NCBI RefSeq assembly: GCF_000400465.1
Contig: NW_008806276.1
Location: 20,001 to 268,000, forward strand
Length of the DNA: 248,000 nt
Source: Wallemia ichthyophaga EXF-994
Lineage: Eukaryota; Fungi; Basidiomycota
Reading direction: 5' to 3'
Shown here: positions 120,001-132,270 of the stretch, piece after piece
Numbering within the stretch: the first letter of the stretch is position 1
How the letters are laid out: the number at the start of each line of letters is the position of its first letter
Translations under genes and position numbers: made by a program
The notes under the pieces: model-generated
Seen by the model: only the letters and a program-made list of their open reading frames with translations
The model's database searches: none
What the model was told of the DNA's origin: nothing

Positions 120001-121063
120001 GACACCAGCCTCATCGGGCTCGTTGAAGATTGAGAAAGGGCCATCGTACTCGTCTTTGGGAGTGTAGTCGAAATCGTGGATGTCTTCAGAGACAATTTCG
120101 CGGTTGGTGATGAGGTATCCCTGGCCGTCTACCATATAAGAGATCATCATGATGGGATCGACGGCGCTGTCTGGGAACTTAAGAGGCGCCTTACACGTTT
120201 CAATATCATACGCCATGACGACTGGTTCAGCGCGCTTAACACGGTGTTCAACTTTTTCCAGTTTTATTTTGCCCTCGCTTGCTGAGACGGTGTACCACAT
120301 ACCAACTCGTATACCTAGCAGAGAGTGAGCTGGGGAGAGTGAAAAAGAGGGAATGCCCACCTAAATCAGTTGCAACGCGTAAGTAATATGGTACGTCATA
120401 CTCGCGTGCGTCTACGATTAACTGCGAGGGATCTTCTTTGCTTTTAGCGTCGTTTCCGGAGTTTTCAAGGGTGATATCTTGGTCAGCAGAAGCGACGACG
120501 TCAGCGTACGCATCGACGGCAGATCTCTTCTCGGCATTTGATTGAGCAAGCGGGAGAACTTCTCTGCGAATGGTGAGGAGGTCTTGAACGTTCCTGAATT
120601 TAAGCTGTAGATAAACTTTCGGGAGGCTGAGGAGGTGGTTGGGTGCCTTAAGATCGTCCTTGTAAATGCGTTCAATCTTATAGATAAGCGATTCAAACCG
120701 CCGTAAAAGCCATTCTTCGACAGCAGCTTCTGTGCCTGGCTTGCAAGATAAATAGAAATAAGGCTCGTAGGTTATCGTAGATTTAAACATTCCGCCATCG
120801 TCCTCGAGGAAGTAAAAGTCAACGGCTGCTTTTCCACCAATGTAGTCGTCATCTTCGATGAGCGTGGGGTGCATATTCACCAGCCACGCCTCCCGCGCTC
120901 CTCCCTCCTCAAATCTGGAGAATCCTAGCCTGGCGTCGAGATGGTCGCTTTCTTTGATTTTATCGAATTTAGCGGCAAGTAGCTGACGTTCGTCGACGAT
121001 CTTTGGTGCCGATGGTTCTTTGCGGCCTGTGCCTGCTTTTTTAAATTTCGTACGGCTGCTCAT
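114039..121063 (-). CDS. POL2: DNA polymerase epsilon catalytic subunit
   Basis: Exonuclease DIE ([15 protein letters not shown]), [32 protein letters not shown]-terminal CysB. Confidence 0.97.
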
Positions 121064-121289
121064 GGCTGTTGTTAGCCTGAGTCGCGTACTTGTATCTCAG
121101 AAAGACGCGCGCGAGGCTAATTTTACAGAGGCGGTGATATTGATTCTATTTAGTAATTGATGTGTGCTGTACATTTTAAAGTTTATATAAAACACACAGC
121201 CGAAGCCACACACATGCAAAATTCAGAAAAAGTGAAAATTCTCACCAAATGACCTCATACAATCATTCTGCCTTCTCTCGTCCATCACG

Positions 121290-123656
121290 ATGATAGTGCG
121301 AGCGGGAGTGCGATTGCGATTGCAGCGGCAGCGGTGGACAAGCAGGAGCACACCACGCACCTCTTTTACGCGCACGCTAAGCAGTGCATCCTGGAGCGAC
121401 ACCCGGCGTACGCGCAACATAGGCATAATGGCGCATATAGACGGTGGCAAGACGACGCTCACGGAGTCGCTTCTGCACGCTACGGGTCACCTCAAGCACC
121501 GCGGCAACGTCGACGAGGGTACAACAACGACAGACTTCCTCCCTGCAGAACGCGAGCGCGGTATTACCATACAGAGTGCGTCGATCCCTCTGCAATGGCG
121601 TGACCACCGCATTAACCTCATCGACACACCCGGACACGCAGATTTCGCGATAGAGGTCGAGCGTGCAGTACGCGTGCTTGATGGCGGGATTGTCGTGCTC
121701 GACGGCGTGGAGGGCGTGGAAGCGCAGACTATGGGCGTGTGGGCGCAATGTCGCAGATACTCTCTCCACCCGCTTCTCCTCTTCGTCAACAAGATGGATA
121801 GAGTAGGCGCCGATTACAGACATTCGATTGAGAGCACTATAAGGAAAATGCATAGGAGACCCCTCGTGCTGCAGCTGCCGATTTATAGCAATGGCGTTGG
121901 CGGTGATGCCTTTGTTGGCGTCGTCGACGTCCTCGGCGATGCTCCGATAAACACACCCCAAGATATCCTCGATCAGCGCTCTTTAGCTCGCAATTGCCTC
122001 ATAGAAACCCTCTGTGAAGTCGACAGTAGCCTCCTCGACACTTACCTTGCCGTGGAGGACTATAGCAGGGTGAGTGATGCCGATATTCACTCCGCCTTGC
122101 GCCGGAATGTCCTTACTGGGGAGGTCCTGCCCGTGTTGTGTGGCTCAGCGCTCAAGAACATCTCCATAGACAGCATCCTCGATTCAATCATTACCTATAT
122201 TCCTTCCCCACTAGACGTTCCTGCGCCGCGGACGACCGGCGGCCACAGCATTGGCAGTATCGGGGGTAGCAATAGCGCAGTGAACAGCGCAAACAAATCA
122301 CAAACCACGCAAACCACACAGCTCTCACAAAGCACACTAGCCATGGCATTCAAAGTAGTCCACGATGCCAAAAAGGGCTGGCTAACATGGGTGCGAGTGT
122401 ATGGGGGTGTCCTAACGCGTCAAGGTGTACTATGGAACAGTTCGCGGGGGGTAAAAGAGCGCGTAAACCGGTTGCTAGTGATGAGTGCGGACGATCAAGC
122501 GGAGATCGACGCATTACACCCAGGTCAAATAGGGGTGATACTAGGTTGCAAGAGCACGCGAACGGGTGACACGCTTACAGAAGCGCGCGACACGTCGCTG
122601 CGTAATGTCACACTGCAAAACATAGCCATCCCCCCACCCGTGTTCAGTGTTGCGATAGAGCCCGAGTCCCTGTCAGATGAAGCAGGCGTGGTAGAGGCGC
122701 TGCGCAGTCTCGTCCGCACTGATCCCTCGCTCGTCGTTAGCGAGGCCAGCGAGAGTATCGCGGCGGGTGGTGATGGTCAGACCCTCCTCAGCGGGTTGGG
122801 TGAGCTACATCTGGAGATTAGCTATGCTCGCCTGCGTGAGGAATTTGGCGTTCGTTGCCGTATGGGGCCCATGCGCGTCGGCTTTCTCGAAACCCTCCCG
122901 CTAGATGCACACGCTGTGCGTCAAGAGGACTACGCTCGCGAGGTGAGCAGGAAACATACACAGGCCGGTGTTACAGTGAGTGTGCGGCGGAGAGAGGATG
123001 TGGAGGGTGAGAGTGAGAAAGTACACAACGCACACAACGCAGACAACGTGATCGTGTTCAACACCCCACACACACAGCTCGCACCAGAGTACGAGGAGGC
123101 GGTCAAGAGCGGTGTGATGGCAGGCACGGCTCGTGGACCGCTGCAAGGGCATCCTGTGCGGGGGCTGCACATTACCATCACAGATATACGTCTCCTCGAC
123201 AAAGACCAGTCGCCAAGTTCGGCACTAACGGCGGCTGTTTCGCTTGCTGTTATCAAAGCTGTACGCACAGCTTCGACGGTGGTGATAGAGCCGCTGATGC
123301 AAGTGGATATCATAGCACACGAGGGAGATGTGGGCAGAGTGATTAGCGATCTCACCTCGCTGAGGAATGGAGTGGTTGTGTCGATGGAGGAGGATATGCA
123401 TGGCGCAAACTCAGACGCACACGCTCACACTGACACTCGCACCTCAGTTTACATTCCCCCTCCCACACAGGCTTCCACACGCTCCTTCGAGAGCGGTGAT
123501 AAGGGCGCGCGGATGGTCGTGCAAGCTCATGTGCCCCTCACCAATATGATAGCTTACTCGAGCAACCTCAATGCACTCAGTGGTGGCAGCGGGACTTTCT
123601 CGATGAAGGTGTGTGGCTGGAAGGAGACGAGTGGGGCGGTGGCAGCGACGTTGTGA
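121290..123656 (+). CDS. MEF2: Mitochondrial EF-G2 / ribosome-releasing factor 2
   Basis: RNIGIMAHIDGGKTT, ERERGITIQSA, DTPGHADF, SGLGELHLEI. Confidence 0.88.
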   Translation: MIVRAGVRLRLQRQRWTSRSTPRTSFTRTLSSASWSDTRRTRNIGIMAHIDGGKTTLTESLLHATGHLKHRGNVDEGTTTTDFLPAERERGITIQSASIPLQWRDHRINLIDTPGHADFAIEVERAVRVLDGGIVVLDGVEGVEAQTMGVWAQCRRYSLHPLLLFVNKMDRVGADYRHSIESTIRKMHRRPLVLQLPIYSNGVGGDAFVGVVDVLGDAPINTPQDILDQRSLARNCLIETLCEVDSSLLDTYLAVEDYSRVSDADIHSALRRNVLTGEVLPVLCGSALKNISIDSILDSIITYIPSPLDVPAPRTTGGHSIGSIGGSNSAVNSANKSQTTQTTQLSQSTLAMAFKVVHDAKKGWLTWVRVYGGVLTRQGVLWNSSRGVKERVNRLLVMSADDQAEIDALHPGQIGVILGCKSTRTGDTLTEARDTSLRNVTLQNIAIPPPVFSVAIEPESLSDEAGVVEALRSLVRTDPSLVVSEASESIAAGGDGQTLLSGLGELHLEISYARLREEFGVRCRMGPMRVGFLETLPLDAHAVRQEDYAREVSRKHTQAGVTVSVRRREDVEGESEKVHNAHNADNVIVFNTPHTQLAPEYEEAVKSGVMAGTARGPLQGHPVRGLHITITDIRLLDKDQSPSSALTAAVSLAVIKAVRTASTVVIEPLMQVDIIAHEGDVGRVISDLTSLRNGVVVSMEEDMHGANSDAHAHTDTRTSVYIPPPTQASTRSFESGDKGARMVVQAHVPLTNMIAYSSNLNALSGGSGTFSMKVCGWKETSGAVAATL

Positions 123657-123766
123657 TATTTAATTGTAAAACGCATGCATAGACTGAACTTGAAAGGAGT
123701 GTGGATGGAATAATGCAGTAAATATCAGACATGAAACATGAGTCAAAAGCCAAGAGAAATGAGACA

Positions 123767-124577
123767 TCAGACATCCGCCGACATGTCAATTTCGACTTTC
123801 TGACCAGGTTCAAATGCAGGCAGGCCTAGAGGAGAATGTTAGAGTGATTCAAGGAAATGATGGAAACTGACCAGCATATGGACAGGAAGCACACCTGAAA
123901 GCGTCTCCGAGGTAGCAGCTGCCGCAGCTAGAAGTGGCACCTTTAGCTTGGGCGTCTTGTACGCTGTTGAAAGTTTTCTTGAGGTCAGTCGAAGTGTCGA
124001 TGTTCACCTGGGACTGATTCGCGAGCTCCTCCTTCAAACCACAGCTGCAGTCAGCACACGCTCTTCTCTTCTTGGTAGTGGGGCAAGAGAGAGGGGTAGC
124101 AGGAGCAGCCTTGTCCTCTTGGGTGAGTAACTGGGAAGGATCGATCGGTGGGGCGGATTCAAAGTTCCAAAGTGACTTGGATGGCTTCTGAGAGCGGTTG
124201 AGGGAGAGGGAGACGGCGGGAGTGTGTGCTGGCTTGGTGGTTGTGGTTGTGGATGACTGCTCGCTGTTGACTGGAGCGGTGTAACCCGTCAAGATGAGCT
124301 GGGAAGACAGCGTGGGTGGTGTGAGCTTGTGGATCGTGAGATTGCCGTTCGGAGCCAGTGCCTGGAAAAGGAGCAGGAACAACTGATCCGAGTTTATCGC
124401 GGCATAATCATCCTCCGTGATTGATAGATTTACCTGATCGAAGCTGTTCGCCGGTAGCTCGTAGCCACCCTCCAAAATTCTATCATAAACTAAGTTGAGA
124501 GCCGCTTTGTTTTCCTCCACTAGCTTGAGATATTCCTCAGACTTTAAACTTCCAACGAGGAGATGGGCGTTTGTCAT
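123767..124577 (-). CDS. DRE2: Fe-S cluster assembly protein Dre2/anamorsin
   Basis: [10 protein letters not shown] and [19 protein letters not shown]. Confidence 0.93.
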
Positions 124578-124839
124578 CTTGATCGTTCGTAAGCAAGATG
124601 TTCAGATAAGAATATGCAGCTCGATATGTAGACATATATCCTAGATAACATTACATCGTTCATTACTCCCCATTCAATTCCGCCCTGCTTCTGATTTCAG
124701 TCTATGCAAATTTTCATTGATTACAAAACAGCCAAAGGGGGATTTGAGAAGCGGAGAATGTACTTATGCCATGGATCAATCTGAAATGATACGCATAAAG
124801 TGTATCCGGTGAAATTAGAATTTCGAGTCCCTTGCGAGA

Positions 124840-125949
124840 ATGCTTCGTACGCGGCAATTCAACAAAGCAAGCCAAGCAAGCCAAGCAAGCAAGGGAGGCA
124901 AAGGAAGGATTCAAATTGCCAGCTGGAATATACTTTCGCAGTCTTTGATCAAGAGAGAGCTCTATGAGTCGTCAGACTGTCTCAAGATCAAGTCGAGGCT
125001 GCCACGGCTGAAAGAGGAACTGGGCAAGTACGCATCGGATGTGATATGCCTGCAGGAGGTGGACCAATTAGAAGCATTGAAGGATTGCCTGCCACGCCAC
125101 AAGTATGCCAGCTGTTTTGGCACGCAGAATGACAACGCCACACCGAAGAAGCATGGACTGGTGATATTCTACCGCGATAGCTTTACACTCGTGCATTCCA
125201 AAGCGGTGAGCTACGACGAGCACCCCAAGTGGCCACTGTCGCGCAAAACTAATAACGTCGGATTGATAGCCGTGCTGAGCACCGGGGATGAGCCTAGCGA
125301 CGGGATAATCATCGCAACCACTCACCTTTTCTGGCATCCTGCCTTTGTCTACGAGAGGACTCGCCAGACGTACATACTCATCGAGCAGTGCGAGCAGATG
125401 AGGCGGGATATGGCACTCAGTTACCCTATAATACTCTCTGGGGATTTCAACAGCGAGCCACATGAGCTGGTGTATCAGTCCATCGTCGGCGGTAGTATTG
125501 ACGACAAGGAGAGGGAGCGAGTGGGTGTATCGCGTGTCTGCCACGCTAGCGTTAGCGGGAGTGGGCATGTGCCTCCAGAACAAGGCGCGAATCTCCCGAT
125601 AACAAATTCAGTACCCAACGACAATGCACCATCTGTTGATGAGCTGATTGAAGCATTCAGCGATATGCCCAACTTTATTTCCGCTTACGACGCGTGCCCG
125701 GGTGGTGAACAGCGCTATAGCCACAGAGACGCGTCTTTGAAGGGCAGAAAGGGCGCCAACGAGCCTTACCTCACCAACTACATGCCCAAGTATGGAATGC
125801 TGACTTTGGATTACATTTTCCATGAGAGGGATATGGCCACACTGTGTACGCTGGAGGTACCGCACGCAGACACACTCACTGGTGGCCTGCCGAAGCAAGA
125901 CACGACGGCATCGGATCACATAATGATAGCCGCGCAGGTAATGCATTAA
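124840..125949 (+). CDS. EEP family nuclease (Ngl/Angel/nocturnin type)
   Basis: SWNILSQ, CLQEVD, THLFWHP, GDFNSEP, LDYIF, SDH. Confidence 0.87.
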   Translation: MLRTRQFNKASQASQASKGGKGRIQIASWNILSQSLIKRELYESSDCLKIKSRLPRLKEELGKYASDVICLQEVDQLEALKDCLPRHKYASCFGTQNDNATPKKHGLVIFYRDSFTLVHSKAVSYDEHPKWPLSRKTNNVGLIAVLSTGDEPSDGIIIATTHLFWHPAFVYERTRQTYILIEQCEQMRRDMALSYPIILSGDFNSEPHELVYQSIVGGSIDDKERERVGVSRVCHASVSGSGHVPPEQGANLPITNSVPNDNAPSVDELIEAFSDMPNFISAYDACPGGEQRYSHRDASLKGRKGANEPYLTNYMPKYGMLTLDYIFHERDMATLCTLEVPHADTLTGGLPKQDTTASDHIMIAAQVMH

Positions 125950-126071
125950 TGATGTATATTTTATATTCCCTGATTCATGTGCCTAGCCCTCCCTGAATCC
126001 CCGCTTGGTCGACTCGTGCCCCGCTTTCTTAAACAACCAAAAACGAAACCAAAAGAAAATTAATTTGACGT

Positions 126072-129000
126072 ATGGGCTGTTGTAATTTCCTATTACCACA
126101 GAACAGCACGGGTAAATTAGTCGATGGATGCTACACCCACACAGAGCACCCAGATAGCAGCGCGGTGAGCAAGCTCATCTCCCAGCTGCACGCGCCCAGC
126201 AAGCAGCAGGCGACAGGTGGAGCATTGCTTAAGCACATGCGGGCAGCCAGCCGCGTCTACCACGACCCACGCAAACGGAGGTGTGTGCGCTGTTTAAATC
126301 CGGAGTTACGCGCCGCTGACCGGATTATGAGCAGTGTGGTCCACGCGACGCTGCGTATTTTGCAACAAATAAACTCACAGACGATGCCCGATGGCGCGCT
126401 CTACACGCACACGCTCCTCATCATCGATACAGCGCTTTCCCCACCCATTCCGCCTGACTTGCAACTGCGCGAGCTAGCGGTGACTCTTGTGGGTGGCGTG
126501 CTTGGGGATGTGTTCTATACTCATACACTCCCACAGCTCAGAAATACCCTGCTGAAAAACCAACACGCGGAAATAGCACATGAGTGCATTACGTCATTCC
126601 ACTCGATTCTCTACAGACTCAACGGTATGGGCAGTCTGGACGACGCGGATGAGAATACGCGTAATCGCACGCGTAGGATAGCCCTGCTGGGTATAGAGGC
126701 CGTCTTTGAGTCTGATGTCTTGGGTGGATTACCGGTCGACGACCGTCGCAGGGCTATCAACCTGCTTGTTCCGCCGCTCATCGACAATCTTCTTCCCCGT
126801 GACACTAAGCTTGATCTACTCGAGCACCGCGTGTTGCCGTGTATAAGCAACAAGGTCGACGACCGCAACACAGACGATGTGCTTCTCGCCACCATAGCTC
126901 TGCGGGTATACAGGACCATCTACGCACACTCTGCGACAGGGCGGTGGATATCGATGTGCACGAAACCCACACTCGACTCGTTCGACAAACACAAGCGGTG
127001 GCGGGAAGTAGAGTGGGTGTGTTGGGTGTTGGCGCACGCTTTGCAGTGGACACCAGCGCATTACGCAGCCTATATTCCCACGACCATTCTCGACATGCTC
127101 ATTGAAAGCCAGGATACCTTCCCTACGACGACTAAGCAGTCAGGGTACCTGCATATCCTCACCCACCTCTTCACGCGCGAGTCCACAGTGAACGGGCTGC
127201 AGGTGCTAGCTACGCTCGACAGACTCCTCGCTTTCCTCGTTCGCAGATTTAGACTCGATGGGCAGGACGCTCTCGGTCCAATGACGATCGCTGCTGTCGG
127301 AGCACTCGCCAAACACCTCTACTACGCTGACCAGATATCCGATATGGCGGGACGCGTTGTGGTTGTAATCAACGATGTTCAGTTCGCTGATACTACTGAA
127401 CGCCGCGATGACCTACTTCGCCTCCTCCTCTGTGCTCTCGGAGGGGTGATGGCCGAGGCGTATGACGGTCCTTCGGAGGATGGCGCGTTGGGGCTGCAAG
127501 AGGCGGAGAAGACGTCCAAGGCATCTATCTCATCCAAGTCGTCCGTCTCCTCACATTTGCAGCCCTCGCTACAGTCCCCCGCCTCACCCACCTCGCCTAA
127601 GGGTAAGGAGAGAGCGGTGCTAGTGTCAGCAAGGGGCGTAGATGGACGAGAGGCACGCGAGACAAGCAACGGACGCGATAAACCCGATACACACTTAACA
127701 CACTCAACACTCAACACACATAACTCAATTGCACCGCGACCACCTCCATCTCCACCTCAACCTCAAAATCCGCCTCTTTCACAGCAAACTCACACACGCT
127801 CACGCATCTCGCCCACCGATATGGCCTCGACAGTCAGTCTCCTGATAGAGCCGCGTTACAGTGTGCGCGCGGGGTATGTGCGCGCCTTGGCAGGATTCGT
127901 GCAGGGCGAGTTCGCTGCAATACACGTCCACCGCGCCAAGTTGAACTGCTTCCTCACCGCCCTCCATGCTGCCATGTGGGTGTTGGCAACGTGTCGCAAT
128001 CTTGCAGATGTGCCCATCGTGGAAGAGGCAGGCGGCGGCGAGGAGGCGGACGATGGCTATGAGAAGGAGCGGGAGGGCAAAGGTGTGGAGGAGAAGGAGA
128101 AGGAGGTTGAGAAGAAAGATGATAACGAGGAGGAAGATGAGAATGAGAATAACAAGGTAAACAAACACAAGCGGAAAAATAGCAACAGCACGTTGAACGC
128201 ATTAGCACGATTGAAGCAGATGGCAAGCCACCGCCACACAACACCCTCTCTACCGAGCAACACGGCGACGCTAACGGACTATACGCACCTGCTAGGACTG
128301 ATAACGTCGCTACTTCGGCGAGGAGGAGCAGAAACGCTGCTAACGATAGTGCCATTCCTTCGCGCACTCGATGGCTATGCCGTGGAAGTGCAGCTAGGGC
128401 CTGGTCTCCAGACAGCTGGGTCTCGGCGGGGCAGCCAAGCGAGCTGGAGTTGGAGTAGTTTGAATGGAATGACACAACCCCCCGACTTCAACATGGCCGT
128501 CGACGAGCGGTGCAAATGCCGCGCTATCCGCGAGCTTGTCGCTCGTTGCTGGATGGAGATAGGGGAAGGATGGGGCAACGCGACTGTGCGCCAACTTGCT
128601 CGAAAAGGTTTGGACAGATTGGGTGGGAGTGTGCTAGGAACTCCACCACACCTGCACCCAGCAGAAACGCCGTCTTTCACCGTCGCTCCAGCTCCCCCGC
128701 TCCTCTTCCCGAGCGAGGACGACTGGGATGCAGTGCATGACGGAGAGAGCAGCAGAACCGTGACGGGGATCGTCGACGAGGTGGCTGCGATTGAGGAACT
128801 TGCCGGTGATGCTCACGTGCTGCTAGCTACTGGTCTCTCTAGGCTGGAGCTGGATGAGAGATTGAAGAGGGTGTGGACTTTCGATGATGCTGTAGAAGCG
128901 GCGGGGATGTATGCGGGTGCCAAAGGTGTTGCGGATAGCGCGGTAGACGTTTTAATACACCATACCAACCATACCAAACAATCCAACACCAGACACGTTG

Positions 129001-129104
129001 ATGTGTACCACCTCAAAGAAGCACTCTCGAATAGGACAACACCGAACATATCGCGTAATTCAAAGGAAGTGGATGTAGAATTAGTTTTGTCTAGAGCGGA
129101 ATAA
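126072..129104 (+). CDS. EFR3: Efr3-like armadillo scaffold (divergent)
   Basis: MGCC palmitoylation-type start, LVDGCY, LYYADQISDM, SQASW motif. Confidence 0.6.
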   Translation: MGCCNFLLPQNSTGKLVDGCYTHTEHPDSSAVSKLISQLHAPSKQQATGGALLKHMRAASRVYHDPRKRRCVRCLNPELRAADRIMSSVVHATLRILQQINSQTMPDGALYTHTLLIIDTALSPPIPPDLQLRELAVTLVGGVLGDVFYTHTLPQLRNTLLKNQHAEIAHECITSFHSILYRLNGMGSLDDADENTRNRTRRIALLGIEAVFESDVLGGLPVDDRRRAINLLVPPLIDNLLPRDTKLDLLEHRVLPCISNKVDDRNTDDVLLATIALRVYRTIYAHSATGRWISMCTKPTLDSFDKHKRWREVEWVCWVLAHALQWTPAHYAAYIPTTILDMLIESQDTFPTTTKQSGYLHILTHLFTRESTVNGLQVLATLDRLLAFLVRRFRLDGQDALGPMTIAAVGALAKHLYYADQISDMAGRVVVVINDVQFADTTERRDDLLRLLLCALGGVMAEAYDGPSEDGALGLQEAEKTSKASISSKSSVSSHLQPSLQSPASPTSPKGKERAVLVSARGVDGREARETSNGRDKPDTHLTHSTLNTHNSIAPRPPPSPPQPQNPPLSQQTHTRSRISPTDMASTVSLLIEPRYSVRAGYVRALAGFVQGEFAAIHVHRAKLNCFLTALHAAMWVLATCRNLADVPIVEEAGGGEEADDGYEKEREGKGVEEKEKEVEKKDDNEEEDENENNKVNKHKRKNSNSTLNALARLKQMASHRHTTPSLPSNTATLTDYTHLLGLITSLLRRGGAETLLTIVPFLRALDGYAVEVQLGPGLQTAGSRRGSQASWSWSSLNGMTQPPDFNMAVDERCKCRAIRELVARCWMEIGEGWGNATVRQLARKGLDRLGGSVLGTPPHLHPAETPSFTVAPAPPLLFPSEDDWDAVHDGESSRTVTGIVDEVAAIEELAGDAHVLLATGLSRLELDERLKRVWTFDDAVEAAGMYAGAKGVADSAVDVLIHHTNHTKQSNTRHVDVYHLKEALSNRTTPNISRNSKEVDVELVLSRAE

Positions 129105-129401
129105 ATGTATTTGATTTGTACAAGTGAAGCTTGAAAGGGTTTGAAAGGGTGGACACTAGAAAGTTAAACAAGACACTAGTAATATTGTAGTGAATAGAGA
129201 AAAAGATAGTCAAGGTGAATAGAATGTTGAGTGAATATCCACGCAGGTAGATAGAGGGGGAATCAGAGGATATATTAGACCAGGAAGATATTGCATACAA
129301 AACCATCTGCAAACTCCAAATAAATTATATCCCATTTCTTACACCGTGACAACCGTGACAACAACGACTAGGACGGATACACGTGAAAAGGGGAAATAAG
129401 A

Positions 129402-130851
129402 ATGAGGCAGCCAGCAGTGAGAGTGAGGAGTGAAAATGAGAATAGCAGCAATAGAGTGAGGTATACAGTAAAGCATGTCAAGGATAAGGAGGTTATATCG
129501 CTTGATGATTCTGAGGAGGAGGGGGATAACCCAGGGCAAGTATCCCAAGTATCCCAAGTATCCCAAGTACCCCAACCAGCACCTACACCAATATCCTCAA
129601 AGCCGTCAATTTCAAACACCCGCAAAAGGAGACAGCCAGCAGCTTCAACGAGCAACAACAACGCATCGGCAACCACAATTCCAGCGAAAACACCCTCCAA
129701 GAGAAAGAAAGTACGCGGCAATACACCTCCTTTACCCACTTGCACTCCATTGCCCGTCCCTTGTGACGATAAGGAGGGTCATTTGATTATACTCGAAAAC
129801 GTTGAATTAGACGGGCGTTATAGAATACAGAGACTTCTTGGTCAAGGTACCTTTGGTAAGGTCGTTGAGGCTTATGATAGACTCGCTAGGAAAAATGTCG
129901 CAGTGAAAATTATCAAAAGCATTCAGAAGTACAGGGATGCCAGTAGAATCGAATTGAGGGTTTTGAGCACACTACGCGATAACGATCCCTCCAATGATCA
130001 CAAGTGCATCGAGATGATTGATTGGTTTGACTTTAAGAATCACATTTGCATCGTTTCTGACTTGTTGAGCGAGTCCGTGTATGACTTCCTCAAATCGAAC
130101 AAATTCACTCCCTTTCCCGCCACACACATACAGGAAATAAGTTATCAGTTACTCAAATCCGTCGCATACCTACACACACTCAAACTAGTCCATACTGACC
130201 TCAAACCAGAGAATATCCTCCTCGTCAGCAACAAATCCAAGATGGAATTGGCTAACGACAAGAAACCCCAACGGAAGATTCTCGCTAATACTGATATACG
130301 CTTGATTGATTTTGGTAGTGCGACGTTTGAATCTGAGTATCATTCGAGTGTGGTTAGCACGCGACATTACAGGGCGCCTGAGATTATATTAGGTGAGTTT
130401 CGCTGTTTCAAGAGGCTTACACCTTAGTTAACAATGTACAGGACTTGGATGGTCATATCCCTGCGACGTATTCAGTCTTGGGTGTATAATAATAGAGCTG
130501 ATGACGGGGGAGGCGCTGTTCCAGACACACGACAACCTCGAACACTTGGCTATGATGGAGGTGGTCATGGGTCCAATGCCACTCAATTACCAGAAGAAAG
130601 CGTCGAAAGCGAAACCTGAATATTTTCGTGGATTGAAACTCGATTATCCTAATGGGAATACAACAAAGCAATCGCGAAAAGTGGTAAAGGGGATGAAGTC
130701 TATCGATCAGATAATAAAAGCACGAGATCTTTCTTCACTCCAGCTGATTGATTTGTTGCAGAAGATGCTGACGTTCGACCAAGACGAGCGGATACGAGTA
130801 GATCAAGCGCTAGAACACCCGTACTTTAAATCAAAAATATTTGTAGATTAG
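129402..130851 (+). CDS. LAMMER/CLK dual-specificity kinase
   Basis: GQGTFGKV, HTDLKPEN, STRHYRAPE, EHLAMME. Confidence 0.93.
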
Positions 130852-131169
130852 ACAGATCGCACAGATGAAATTCAACCAGTTTGTAAATATAATTGGATTT
130901 TCTATTTCAGGTGGTGGGTGTGGTTGTGTATATGGGGGTATTTGACATGGGCTTATACACACCACAGTCACAGCAACTTGGTGCGTCTTGTTCGCAGATT
131001 TCGGTGAAAAAGAACACGTCTTCTCTGGTGTAAGTGGGGTGCTGTGATGTACGCCTATACCACATCTAACACGCTAAAGATACGCCGTGAATACACAAAG
131101 CAAGCGAATAAATTATTTGAGTTATAGATTCTTATTTGTAGAATATATTCACTTTCCTCTATATCCATC

Positions 131170-132135
131170 ATGTCCACTTCAATTTCAAACCAAGAAGCAA
131201 GCCTGTACGATAGACAGATACGTCTATGGGGTTTATCAGCACAGAACAAGATACGCAGTAGCCACGTTGTACTGGTCAATGCTCTGCGTGGATGCTCATG
131301 CGAAGTCGCAAAGAATCTAACACTCGCCGGTGTAGGCAAGTTAACGCTTATAGTGGAGCATACCGACTGGGATAATGTAAAAGTCGATGGAAGTACAGCC
131401 ATTTTTATACGCGGCGGTGAGAACAATACACAGAGCACAGAGGATACATTCAAATCAAATATCAATAACCTCAATCCACACGTGCAAGTAGAAATTAAAT
131501 CAGTGGACAGCTACAGTAACCTTGTGGACGCGTACAAAACAGCGAATATCGTCATAGCTACAGATCTACAGCCACACAATTACAACGCCATCCACTCACA
131601 GCTCAACCCACTAACACCACTCTACTTGATTGGCACTCTCGGACTGGCTGGGTACGTGATTGTGACGAATGGTTCTGTTGACGCGAGTGGGAGTGAAATG
131701 GTACACAAAACTCTCGACCAACTTACTCAATCAAAACCTGGCACCAAAACACGTAAATTGCGCGAAAAAAGAGATTTGCTGGGTAAATGGAGGGGATGGC
131801 TATTGGTAATGGCGTGGTGGAGTTGGCTAGAAAACGAGAGGAGGAGTGTAACAACAGAGAGTGAGGATGTTGACAGGTTCTACGACACCCTCCTCAATAA
131901 AGCCAAGTATGCTGATTTAATTGATGACAATCCACTGCCATTCACAAAGGCAGACGTAGCTCAGCTTATACCCTCACTCAACACCTCGATAGCTCCCGTA
132001 CATGCCACCCTCGGTGGTTTCATTGCGCAGGATGTCATCAGCGCTATCAGCAGCAAACACCCCGGGACAAATAACGCTTGGAATTGGTTGAGTTATGATG
132101 CCAAATTGGGTGTATTCTCAAGACTTAAGTTGTGA
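131170..132135 (+). CDS. AOS1: SUMO-activating enzyme subunit (ThiF family)
   Basis: EASLYDRQIRLWG, EVAKNLTLAGVG, LGGFIAQDVI. Confidence 0.8.
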   Translation: MSTSISNQEASLYDRQIRLWGLSAQNKIRSSHVVLVNALRGCSCEVAKNLTLAGVGKLTLIVEHTDWDNVKVDGSTAIFIRGGENNTQSTEDTFKSNINNLNPHVQVEIKSVDSYSNLVDAYKTANIVIATDLQPHNYNAIHSQLNPLTPLYLIGTLGLAGYVIVTNGSVDASGSEMVHKTLDQLTQSKPGTKTRKLREKRDLLGKWRGWLLVMAWWSWLENERRSVTTESEDVDRFYDTLLNKAKYADLIDDNPLPFTKADVAQLIPSLNTSIAPVHATLGGFIAQDVISAISSKHPGTNNAWNWLSYDAKLGVFSRLKL

Positions 132136-132270
132136 GCACGTAAGCGTGTAAATTGAATTGATCTATCTTATTTTGGGTTCAGAACCCACTCGCTAAGTCG
132201 ACTCGGTAATTCCACTCGCTGCAAAGATAGCGCGAGGTTGGATGACGACATGTGATGTGCGCAGGTATAA